DNA of 64,000 bases, from positions 1-64,000 of the forward strand of contig JBIJDH010000024.1 of assembly GCA_044344255.1 (NCBI GenBank), in the 5' to 3' direction. The first letter of the stretch is position 1; the number at the start of each line of letters is the position of its first letter. Below the pieces are notes generated by a model. The model was not told the origin of the DNA. It made no database searches and worked only from the letters and a program-made list of their open reading frames with translations. This DNA comes from Myxococcota bacterium. GTDB lineage: Bacteria; Myxococcota_A; UBA796; UBA2385. Made by a program: the position numbers and the translations under genes. Positions 52,378 through 61,549 of this stretch are shown one piece after another.

Positions 52378-53201
52378 GCGGCCGCCCAGGGCGCTTCGGC
52401 GAGCCCGTCGAGCCTCCAGGGCTCGGCGAAGAGGGCGCGCACGGTCTTGGCGAGCACGCCGCCCTGAGCGCCGTCGAGGTAGCGGTGGTCTATGGTCGCG
52501 GTGATGATGACCTCCGACCGCGCGACCACCGCCCCGTCCACGATGGCGGGCTGCTCGGTGACCGCGCCGATGAGCACGAGCAGGGGCACGTGGGCCCAGG
52601 GGGTGTGGGGCGCGAAGCCCTCGTCGAGGCCGAACATGCCCACGCTCGTGATGATGCAGCTCCCGAAGGGGAATTGTTCGAGGCCGAGGGCCGGCACCGA
52701 CAAGCCCGCGCAGGCGGTGAGCCAGCCGCTCAGGCGCACGAGCGGGCGGATGAGCCAGGTCGGCAAGAGCTTGAGCGGGCCCTGGCTCTTCTGGAAGGCG
52801 GCGTCCTGGCCCTTTTGGAGGCGCTGGGCCCCCTCCCGGAGCTCGCGAGCGAGGGCGCCCGTGCCCTTCTTGTCCACGTCCTCCACCTTGAACTTGGCGA
52901 GGTTGCCGCCCTCCTCGATGCTGACGAGGAAGGCCACCGCCACACGATCGTGGGGGATGTACCGCCCAAGGAAGATGCGACCGTTGAGGCTCGGGGTCTG
53001 GGCGAGCGCGAGGCCCACCGCGCGGCCGACGATGTGGGTCATCGTCACCTTCTCGCCAGTGGTGGCCCGGAGGTGGTCGATGTACCGGAGCACGTTCGTG
53101 CAGTCGAGGCGCAGCTTCCCGTAGATGTTGCCCTCCGAGGGGGCCGTCCAGGAGGCGATAGCGAGCTTGCGGCGGGTGGTCATGGCGTTCATGCCGGACA
53201 T
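52374..53201 (-). CDS. Stand-alone 2-oxoacid dehydrogenase E2-type acyltransferase catalytic domain
   Basis: ITSVGMFG and TIDHRYLDGA (DHRxxDG). No lipoyl domain. Confidence 0.85.
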   Translation of the reverse strand: MSGMNAMTTRRKLAIASWTAPSEGNIYGKLRLDCTNVLRYIDHLRATTGEKVTMTHIVGRAVGLALAQTPSLNGRIFLGRYIPHDRVAVAFLVSIEEGGNLAKFKVEDVDKKGTGALARELREGAQRLQKGQDAAFQKSQGPLKLLPTWLIRPLVRLSGWLTACAGLSVPALGLEQFPFGSCIITSVGMFGLDEGFAPHTPWAHVPLLVLIGAVTEQPAIVDGAVVARSEVIITATIDHRYLDGAQGGVLAKTVRALFAEPWRLDGLAEAPWAAA

Positions 53202-53257
53202 CGTAGCACCCCCTCGGACGCGGGCGCGTTAGCCCCGGCGGACCCAGAGGAGCGCGC

Positions 53258-54231
<974 letters not shown>

Positions 54232-54235
<4 letters not shown>

Positions 54236-55557
54236 CACGTCCCTGGGCGGGGATCCCGACGGACCGCGCGATCTGGCTGTGGGCGGCGGTCAGCCTCGTC
54301 GCGGTCTTCGGCTTCGTGACCCCCGCCCTCGGCCTCGTCGCGCTCGGCCTCGATGTCATCGTGCTGATCGCGGTCCTCATCGATCTGCGACGCGCCGGAC
54401 AGACGGCCCTGCAGCTCGAGCGCCTGCTCCCCCCCGTGGCCCACCAGGGCGAGCCGATGGAGGTGGTGCTGCTCATCGACAACCCGAATGACCACCCCCT
54501 CGGCCTGCGCATCCGGGAGGTGCTCTCCCCCGCCCTGTCGGCCGAGCCGGTGGCCCTCGAGCTCGAGCTTCCGGCCCGCTCTCGGGCCCGCCTGCCCTAT
54601 TCGGTCCGCCCCCTCCGCCGCGGGCGCAGCGTCGCCGCCCCGCTGGCCCTGCGGGTGCGAGGCCCCCTCGGCCTCGCCTGGGCCGACCGCGCCCTCCTCC
54701 CCGACCAGTCCATTCGGGTCTATCCGCGTGCGCACCTCGAGGGACAGGCCGGCCTCGTCGTGCGACAGGCGCTGCGCCAGCGGGCCGGCGCCAACCCCCG
54801 AGAGCGGCGCGGCCTCTCGACCGAGCTCTATGCCCTCCGGGAGTACCAGAACGGCGACCCCATGCGCTCGATCCACTGGCGAGCGAGCGCCCGCCGCGGG
54901 ATGCCGGTCACCCGAGAGACCTGCTGGGAGCAGCACCAGCACATCGTCATCCTGCTCGACTGCGGCCGGCCGATGTCCTCGCTCGCCGACGACCTCAACA
55001 AGCTCGACCACGCCCTCGCCGCCGTCCTCGCCCTGATGCGGGTGACGCTCTCCCAGAACGACCACGCCACCCTCGTGCTCTTCAGCCAGGACGTGCGCCG
55101 GGTGGTGACCGTCGACCGCCGCACGGCCTCCTTCCACACCGTCTTCGAGGCGGTCCACGACCTCGAGGCCGACCAGGACGAGCCCGACTACACCGCCGCC
55201 GTGGCCTGGTGCGCCCGCAAGGTGCCCCGCCGCTCCCTCGTGCTCGTCGTCACCTCGGTGCTCGACGCGCTCGGCGCCGAGCGGCTCCAGGGCGCCCTCA
55301 AGGGCCTCGCCGCCCGACACCGGCCCCTGCTCGTCAACCTCGAGGACCCCGGCCTGATGGCCCACGCCCGCTCCATCCCCGAGGAGCCCCTCGAGGCCTA
55401 CGCCAAGACCTCGGCGATGGCGATGCTGGCCCGCATCAGCGGGCTGACCCGGGCCCTGCGCGAGCAGGGGGTAGACGTGGTCTCCATGCCCGCCTCGGAG
55501 CTGGCGATCGGGATGATTGACCGATACCTCGCTTTCAAGGCGCGGCGGGGGATGTAG
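54232..55557 (+). CDS. DUF58-domain protein
   Basis: TTGA overlap with moxR, two N-terminal TMs, [28 protein letters not shown]. Confidence 0.9.
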
Positions 55558-55576
55558 GGTGCGAAATACCTCATGA

Positions 55577-55624
55577 TTGAGTTAACTCGGACTTGAGTTA
55601 ACTCGAACCTGAGTTAACTCAGCG
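55577..55624. repeat. Three GAGTTAACTC palindromes at 16-bp period
   Basis: Cores at 55579, 55595 and 55611. Units TTGAGTTAACTCGGAC / TTGAGTTAACTCGAAC / CTGAGTTAACTCAG. Confidence 0.92.
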
Positions 55625-55682
55625 TTGAGCCAACGCGGGGCATCGCATGGCCGCCCGTCGAGGTGCTGATTAGGTGCGGTCG

Positions 55683-57005
55683 ATGAGCCCTGTCGAAAAG
55701 GACCATCTCCTCAAGACCTTCTACCAGGCCATGGAAGATCGCCCGCTCGAGCCGGACGACAAGATGCACGTCGACCTGTCCCGCGAGGAGCTGCGGGGGG
55801 CCGATCCGGTCGCCAGCTTGGAGACCACCATTCGTTGGGCCCTCCAGGGCAGCGCCCAGTTGATGAGCGGCTTTCGGGGCACGGGCAAGAGCACGGAGCT
55901 GCGGCGACTGAAGCGGCGCCTCCAGGACGGTGAAGGCGACTTCGTCGTGCTGCTCTGCGACATGGACGACTACGTCAACATGACCACCCCGCTCGACGTG
56001 AGCGACCTGCTGCTCACCATGGCGGGAGCGGTGGGCGAGGGGCTCGCAGCGGTCAACAAGAAGCTGGCCGGGGAGGGCTACTACGGCCGCTTCCTCGGCT
56101 TCCTCCAGTCCCTGCGCATCGATCCGGAGCTGAGGGCCAGCCTCCCCCTCTCGCCGGTCGAGCTCAAGCTCAGCCTCCGGCATGACCCGACCCTGCGGGA
56201 GCGCATCCAGAAGCAGCTCAGCGGCCACGTCGCCGCCCTTGTGCAAGACGTACGCGCCTGGTTCGCCGAGCGGCTCCTTGCCTTGCGGGCGGAGCGGGGC
56301 GAGGGCACCCAGCTCGTGGTGCTCTTTGACTCGATGGAGAAGATCCGGGGGACCTCGATCAACGAGGCCGAGGTCACCGCCTCGCTGGAGACGGTCTTCG
56401 CCGGCCATGCGGCGCGCATCGTCATCCCGGAGGTGCACCTCGTCTTCACGGTGCCCCCCTGGCTCAAGGTGAAGGTGCCCGCGCTGCGCAGCCTCTACCA
56501 GAACTTCGAGATGCTCCCCTGCGTCAAGGTGAAGACCCGCGACGGGGCGGTTCATCCCGCGGGGGTGCAGGCCCTCGTGGAGCTCGTGGAGAAGCGGGCC
56601 GCCTGGCGGCCCGTGATCTCCGATCGGGAGCTCCTGGAGCGGCTCATCCTCTGCTCGGGCGGCTACCTCCGCGACCTCCTCCACCTGCTGCAGTCCGTGG
56701 CCCGCCTGAGCGCCCAGCAGAGCCTGCCCGTCGCCCGGCCGGTGGTGGAGGCGGCCATCAGCAAGATTCAGAACGGCTACCTACCGCTGACCCACGAGGA
56801 CGCGCGTTGGCTCGCCGCCATCCATGCGCACCGCTCGACGGAGCTCGAGGGCCTCGACGGCCTGGGCCTGCTCGCGCGGCTCTTCGACAACCTGCTCGTG
56901 CTCACCTATCGAAACGGGGCCGAGTGGTACGACGTTCACCCGTTGGTGCAAGAGCAGGCGATCGAGATGGCCGGGCGGAAGAGCGCGCCTGCCGCCGCCG
57001 GTTGA
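55683..57005 (+). CDS. P-loop ATPase (AAA+/STAND-like) of unknown function
   Basis: Walker A GFRGTGKST, Walker B VVLFDSMEK, SGGYLRDL, C-terminal YRNGAEWYDVHPL. Alternative GTG start at 55674. Confidence 0.85.
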   Translation: MSPVEKDHLLKTFYQAMEDRPLEPDDKMHVDLSREELRGADPVASLETTIRWALQGSAQLMSGFRGTGKSTELRRLKRRLQDGEGDFVVLLCDMDDYVNMTTPLDVSDLLLTMAGAVGEGLAAVNKKLAGEGYYGRFLGFLQSLRIDPELRASLPLSPVELKLSLRHDPTLRERIQKQLSGHVAALVQDVRAWFAERLLALRAERGEGTQLVVLFDSMEKIRGTSINEAEVTASLETVFAGHAARIVIPEVHLVFTVPPWLKVKVPALRSLYQNFEMLPCVKVKTRDGAVHPAGVQALVELVEKRAAWRPVISDRELLERLILCSGGYLRDLLHLLQSVARLSAQQSLPVARPVVEAAISKIQNGYLPLTHEDARWLAAIHAHRSTELEGLDGLGLLARLFDNLLVLTYRNGAEWYDVHPLVQEQAIEMAGRKSAPAAAG

Positions 57006-59815
57006 TCGGCGCATTGACCTCTCTCTCTCCCAGCGGTGAGTCGGCCTGGCAGGAGCTGGAGGCGCACCTCGCCTGGTCGGATCGGCCCTGGATCGGCTGG
57101 ATCTTCACCGGCCATACGGCCTCGGCCCTGGAGCTCCTGCGCCGAATGCAGGCGGCCTGGTCTGACCGCGACAACGAGGTGCGGACGCCCGACCAGCCCG
57201 GCGAGCTGCTCGCGGCCATCCCATGGCTCGTAGACGAGCGGGAAGGTCGGAGCGGCTTCGCCGCGCTGCACGTGCGCCACCTCGGCGCCGCCTGGGCCCA
57301 GGCCTGGGACGCGCTGCACCTTCGGCTGAACTCGCTTCGGGAGCGCGTTCGCCGCGAAGGGAGGGGCGGCGTCCTCCTCATCGCCCACCCCGACTGGAAG
57401 CCGCGGGTGCGCGACGCGGCGCCCGACCTCTACAGCGTCGCGAGCTTCGTCTTCGACGTCGAGCCGCCTCCCTCCGAGGAGGCCCCGGCGCTCATCGGGC
57501 TCGGCCCGCTCTCTGGCTGGGCCTTCGTGCCCTTCCCGCGGCCGGGCTCGGAGGACCAGATCCGACTGCTGGAGCAGGACATCGCCCGCCAACCCGAGCG
57601 CGCCGCGGAGCTGGCCCTCTCTCTCGGCCGGGCCCTCTTCGCCGCCGGCCGCTTCTCAGAGGCCCTGGCCCGGGTGGAGGCCATGGAAGAGCCGGCCGCC
57701 TTGGAGCTCCGCGGCCTCGCGCTGGCGCACCAGGGTCAGCGCGACCTGGCCTTGTCGGCATTGCGGGCTGCCTTCGCGGTGGAGCCTGGGGCTCTGTCTG
57801 ACGAAGGGGCCTCGACCCTCCACAACCTCCTCTGCGCCGACGCCTCCCCCCTCGAGGCTGTGGAGATGGCGGAGCGGTGGGTCAAGGCCCTTCAAGCGCG
57901 CCTGCAGCGACCAGGGGCCCTCCTCGAGGATCAGGTGGCCCTCGCCCAGGCTCGCCTGGCCCTCTCACGGGCACAGCTCCTCCAGAACGCGCCTCAGCTC
58001 GCCGTCGACGCCGCCCGAGCCGCCGAGGCGGACCTCGAGGCGCTGCATCGCCTGAACCCCCACCTCCACACCCTGCGCGGGCACCTCGGCGCCGCCCGGC
58101 TCCGGCTCGCCGAAGCCTCGAACCACCTCGGGGACACCGTCCGGGCGCTGGCCACCGCGGAGCAGGGCCTGGAGGAGCTCCGCGAGGCCGGCGCGGACTG
58201 GACGGCCGTCGAGCTGGCCTGTGGTTGTCTGGTCATCCAGCTCCTCCTCGGGATGGGTGAGGCGCAGGCCGCGAGGGCACAGGGCGACAAGGTCCTCGCG
58301 CGGCTGCTGGCCCTCGACGGGGAGCCGGCGCCGCCTCGCGGGCTCAGCCCGGCCAGCATCGGCGCCCTGTTTGGACAGATCGCCGCAGCGCAGAGCGCCG
58401 CCGGCGATCTTCGACAGGCACTGAACTTGTACGCACATGCTCAGGCACAGTTTGTCACGCGGCCTCTCCAACGACCTGAACAGGCCTCCTACGCCGCCTT
58501 GCTGGCGTCCTTCGCCTCCGCGCTCTTCGACGCTGGCGATCGAGAGCAGGCCATGGCCCTGGCGGAGGAGTCCCTTCGACACTTCCAGGCTCTTCCGGCG
58601 GAGGAGGTGGATAAACGAGCGGCCCGACGTGCCCAAGGGCGCTGTCTCCTCCAGCTCTCGAGAATGAAGATTGAGTTGGGGGATGCGCCCCTGGGAAAAG
58701 AGCTGTCCAAGATAGGAGTTCGGCTCTTTGACCAGCTCCGTCGAGACGGCGCTTCGGTACAGACGGAGCTCCTCGTGGCGATGGCGAGGCTCGCCCATGC
58801 CGAGCGGGAGGTTGGGAACGCGCCTGCGGCGCTCCGCCTGGCCGACCAGATCCTCTCCGAGATGGGTCCGCTCGCCAGGGACAACCCCGCTGAGCTGGCG
58901 CTCCACGCCGACATCCTCACCACACGGGCGAACGCGCTGCTTGACCTGAGAGGGCCCTCCGCCGCGTTGCCGGCTCTCGAGGCGGCGAGAGCAGCCTGGG
59001 TTTCCGTGGTGGGAAGCGGGCGAGGCCGTGCGGAGTGGCTCTTCAGCCTGTCCCAGGTAGAGGTTCAGCTCTCCTCCGCCCAGTCATCCTCGGGGCGGTC
59101 GGAGGAAGCCATTCGGCTCGCAGAGATGGCCCTGCTGCATTCTCACGAGCTGAAGGCTCCCTACCCGTCCCGCGCTCACGGCCGTTCGTTGGCCATTACA
59201 CGGTCGCACATTGCTCTGGGTGTCGTCCAGCTCGAGCTCGGGAGAGTTGCCGCGGCGCGAAAGGCCCTCGAAGACGCGCTCCTGCAGAATCGCGAGATGG
59301 AGCAAGCGGAGGGTGAGACACCGCACGGCCTCCACCAGCGCAGCAACATCCTCCGACTCCTGGGCCGAGCCGAGGCGAAGGGCGGAGACACCCTGCAGGC
59401 GCGGCGCCATCTGCAGGAGGCAGCCGACACTTCGAGGTACCTGATCCTTCGTTATCCCGGCTTCCTAGCGGGGCGACGGGAGCTCGATATGGCTCTCATG
59501 GAGCAAGCAGCCATTTTGCAAGGAGCAGGAGACACCGCTGGCGAGAGGACGATCCTCCGAGAGGCCACGGAGGTCCTGAGGGCGGACCCTACCCCAGAAG
59601 GCAAGCGCAGCCTCGCTCAGGTGCTGCACCGGCGAATCAGCCTCGAGGTCGCCGCCCAGGAGCCGGGCCTTCGTCAGGAGGCGCTCTCTCTGCTGAATGA
59701 CCTGGAGCGCCAGGGACTCAGCCGACCCGAAGATCGAGACCTCCATCGCACGCTGTCGGAGCCGCCCGCCCCCGGCCCGGGGAGGGCCGCCCGACGGGCT
59801 CGTCGCAGCGGCTGA
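57002..59815 (+). CDS. TPR-like helical repeat protein with an N-terminal alpha/beta domain (possibly an inactive NTPase fold)
   Basis: TTG at 57002 overlaps the ATPase stop (TTGA). N-domain RLNSLRE..VLL..APDLYS, then many A/L/G helical TPR-like units. Confidence 0.8.
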   Translation: MIGALTSLSPSGESAWQELEAHLAWSDRPWIGWIFTGHTASALELLRRMQAAWSDRDNEVRTPDQPGELLAAIPWLVDEREGRSGFAALHVRHLGAAWAQAWDALHLRLNSLRERVRREGRGGVLLIAHPDWKPRVRDAAPDLYSVASFVFDVEPPPSEEAPALIGLGPLSGWAFVPFPRPGSEDQIRLLEQDIARQPERAAELALSLGRALFAAGRFSEALARVEAMEEPAALELRGLALAHQGQRDLALSALRAAFAVEPGALSDEGASTLHNLLCADASPLEAVEMAERWVKALQARLQRPGALLEDQVALAQARLALSRAQLLQNAPQLAVDAARAAEADLEALHRLNPHLHTLRGHLGAARLRLAEASNHLGDTVRALATAEQGLEELREAGADWTAVELACGCLVIQLLLGMGEAQAARAQGDKVLARLLALDGEPAPPRGLSPASIGALFGQIAAAQSAAGDLRQALNLYAHAQAQFVTRPLQRPEQASYAALLASFASALFDAGDREQAMALAEESLRHFQALPAEEVDKRAARRAQGRCLLQLSRMKIELGDAPLGKELSKIGVRLFDQLRRDGASVQTELLVAMARLAHAEREVGNAPAALRLADQILSEMGPLARDNPAELALHADILTTRANALLDLRGPSAALPALEAARAAWVSVVGSGRGRAEWLFSLSQVEVQLSSAQSSSGRSEEAIRLAEMALLHSHELKAPYPSRAHGRSLAITRSHIALGVVQLELGRVAAARKALEDALLQNREMEQAEGETPHGLHQRSNILRLLGRAEAKGGDTLQARRHLQEAADTSRYLILRYPGFLAGRRELDMALMEQAAILQGAGDTAGERTILREATEVLRADPTPEGKRSLAQVLHRRISLEVAAQEPGLRQEALSLLNDLERQGLSRPEDRDLHRTLSEPPAPGPGRAARRARRSG

Positions 59816-59927
59816 GATCTTCAGGGCCAGTCGAACGGTCAGGCGATATCGATAGGGCCCCGTGAGGGGGAGCTCGTCAGCCGCGAAGACCCGGCCCGGA
59901 TGGCCCAGGCCGAGCCCCTCCAGCGGC

Positions 59928-60323
59928 TCAGCCCGACCCGGGCCCGGAGGGGCGCTCCGCACGAGGGCTCTCCGTCTCCGGGTTGTGCTTCCGCCAGGCC
60001 CAGGCGCCGGCGAGGGGCAGCTCGTACCACTCCCCGTCATTGGCGGCGACGCAGGCCCGGATCTCATAGAGCACGTAGACGATGAGGGCCGGGAAGGCGA
60101 GGATGCCGCAGGAGCAGAGGCTCACCGCCAGGATGATGGCGCCGAAGTAGAAGCTCTGGAGCGCGTGGAAGGCGACGAACTCGCTCTCATCGCGCTTGTA
60201 GAGGTAGAGCAGCAGGGGGGCGAGCACGCCGCCCTCGAGGAAGGTGACCCCGTGCGCGGCGAAGGCCCAGGTGGTCTCGTCTCGGGTGATGTTCAAGCCC
60301 TTGGCCACCCGGTGTTCCGACAT
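59928..60323 (-). CDS. DUF4870-type small membrane protein
   Basis: ATG at 60323 with GGAGGAG RBS. WAFAAH..PLLLY..SEFVAFHALQS..ANDGEWYELP. Confidence 0.8.
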   Translation of the reverse strand: MSEHRVAKGLNITRDETTWAFAAHGVTFLEGGVLAPLLLYLYKRDESEFVAFHALQSFYFGAIILAVSLCSCGILAFPALIVYVLYEIRACVAANDGEWYELPLAGAWAWRKHNPETESPRAERPSGPGSG

Positions 60324-60351
60324 GCTCTCCTCCAGAGATCCCGACCCCAGA

Positions 60352-60441
60352 GATCTTGACCCGCAGGGATCTTGACCCGCAGGGATCTTGACCCGCAGGG
60401 ATCTTGACCCGCAGGGATCTTGACCCGCAGGGATCTTGACC
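60352..60441. repeat. 16-bp perfect tandem repeat GATCTTGACCCGCAGG (5 full copies + 1 partial), intergenic
   Basis: Units start at 60352, 60368, 60384, 60400, 60416 and 60432. A degenerate copy precedes them at 60337. Confidence 0.95.
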
Positions 60442-60499
60442 ACGGCCCGGGCTACGTTCCAAGAGGAACCCTATTTCGTCGCCGATGTCGGAGCGATGG

Positions 60500-61513
60500 A
60501 TGAAAGCCGAATCTCGCCTCCCCGCCGCCCTCCTGCTGTCCGTGGTCAGCCTCATCTTCTTGAGCGGCTGCCTGTTCTTGCGGCTCCATCCCTCGGCCAG
60601 CGGGCCCGCGGCCGCTGACCCCCGCGCCCGCACGGAGGTGGAGGCGACGGTGCGCGCGCTGTCGGGGCCCCGCAACGTCGATCACCCCGCCGCCTACCGC
60701 CGGGCCGCCGACTGGATCGAGGCCGCCTGGGTGGACCAAGGCTACACGGTCACCCGCGAGGCGGTGATGGGCGACGTGCCCAACCTGATCGTCGAGCTCC
60801 CCGGAGTCGAGCCCCCCGGCGCGGACCTCCCCGGCGCCGAGGCCCCTGGAGGCCGAGGCGTGGTGCTCCTGGGCGCGCATTACGACTCCTGCATGGGCGC
60901 GCCGGGCGCTGACGACAACGCCTCGGGGGTGGCGGCGATGCTCGAGGTCTCCCGCCGCCTCGCCGGCCAGCGCCTGCCGCTCACGGTGCGCTTCGTCGCT
61001 TATGCCAACGAGGAGCCGCCGTGGTTTCAGGGGCCGGGCATGGGCAGCCCCGTCAACGCCGCCGCGGCAGCCCTCCGGGGCGACCGCCTCGAGGCGGTGA
61101 TCGTGCTCGACGCCGTCGGCTACTTCGACGACCGCCCCGGCAGCCAGCGCTGGCCCCTCGGCCTCAGCCTGCTCCTGCACGACCGCGCCGACTTCATCGC
61201 CGTCGTCGCCGACACGGGCTCGGCCCGGATGATGCGCCGGGTGACGGCCGAGCTGCGCCGCCAGGGCGGCCTCCCCACCCTCGGCGCCGCGATCCCCGCC
61301 TTCGTGACCGGGGTGGACTGGTCTGACCACTGGTCCTACTGGCAAGAAGGCTACGAGGCGGTGCTTGTCACCGACATGCCCCCCTTCCGGAACCCGCACT
61401 ACCACGAGCCCACCGACACCCCCGACAAGCTCGACTACGACCGCCTCGCCGCGCTCTCCCTCGCGCTGTCGGGCACCATCTCCAGCCTCGCCGGTGGTCC
61501 CGGCAACTTCTAG
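60500..61513 (+). CDS. M28-family metallopeptidase
   Basis: GAHYDS, GADDNASG, ANEEPP, WSDHWSYW, NPHYHEPTD. Alternative start at 60485. Confidence 0.9.
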   Translation: MKAESRLPAALLLSVVSLIFLSGCLFLRLHPSASGPAAADPRARTEVEATVRALSGPRNVDHPAAYRRAADWIEAAWVDQGYTVTREAVMGDVPNLIVELPGVEPPGADLPGAEAPGGRGVVLLGAHYDSCMGAPGADDNASGVAAMLEVSRRLAGQRLPLTVRFVAYANEEPPWFQGPGMGSPVNAAAAALRGDRLEAVIVLDAVGYFDDRPGSQRWPLGLSLLLHDRADFIAVVADTGSARMMRRVTAELRRQGGLPTLGAAIPAFVTGVDWSDHWSYWQEGYEAVLVTDMPPFRNPHYHEPTDTPDKLDYDRLAALSLALSGTISSLAGGPGNF

Positions 61514-61549
61514 ACAGGCGCGGCCGACCGCCCTGACTATGATGCGCGT

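Noticed and set aside
55577..55624. Mini-CRISPR
   Set aside because: The 10-bp cores and 6-bp gaps are far too short.
60352..60441. CRISPR array
   Set aside because: Identical 16-bp units are contiguous with no unique spacers, and no cas genes are present.
59928..60443. Extended DUF4870 N-terminus through the tandem repeat
   Set aside because: A strong RBS precedes ATG 60323, and the 16-bp unit is not a multiple of 3.
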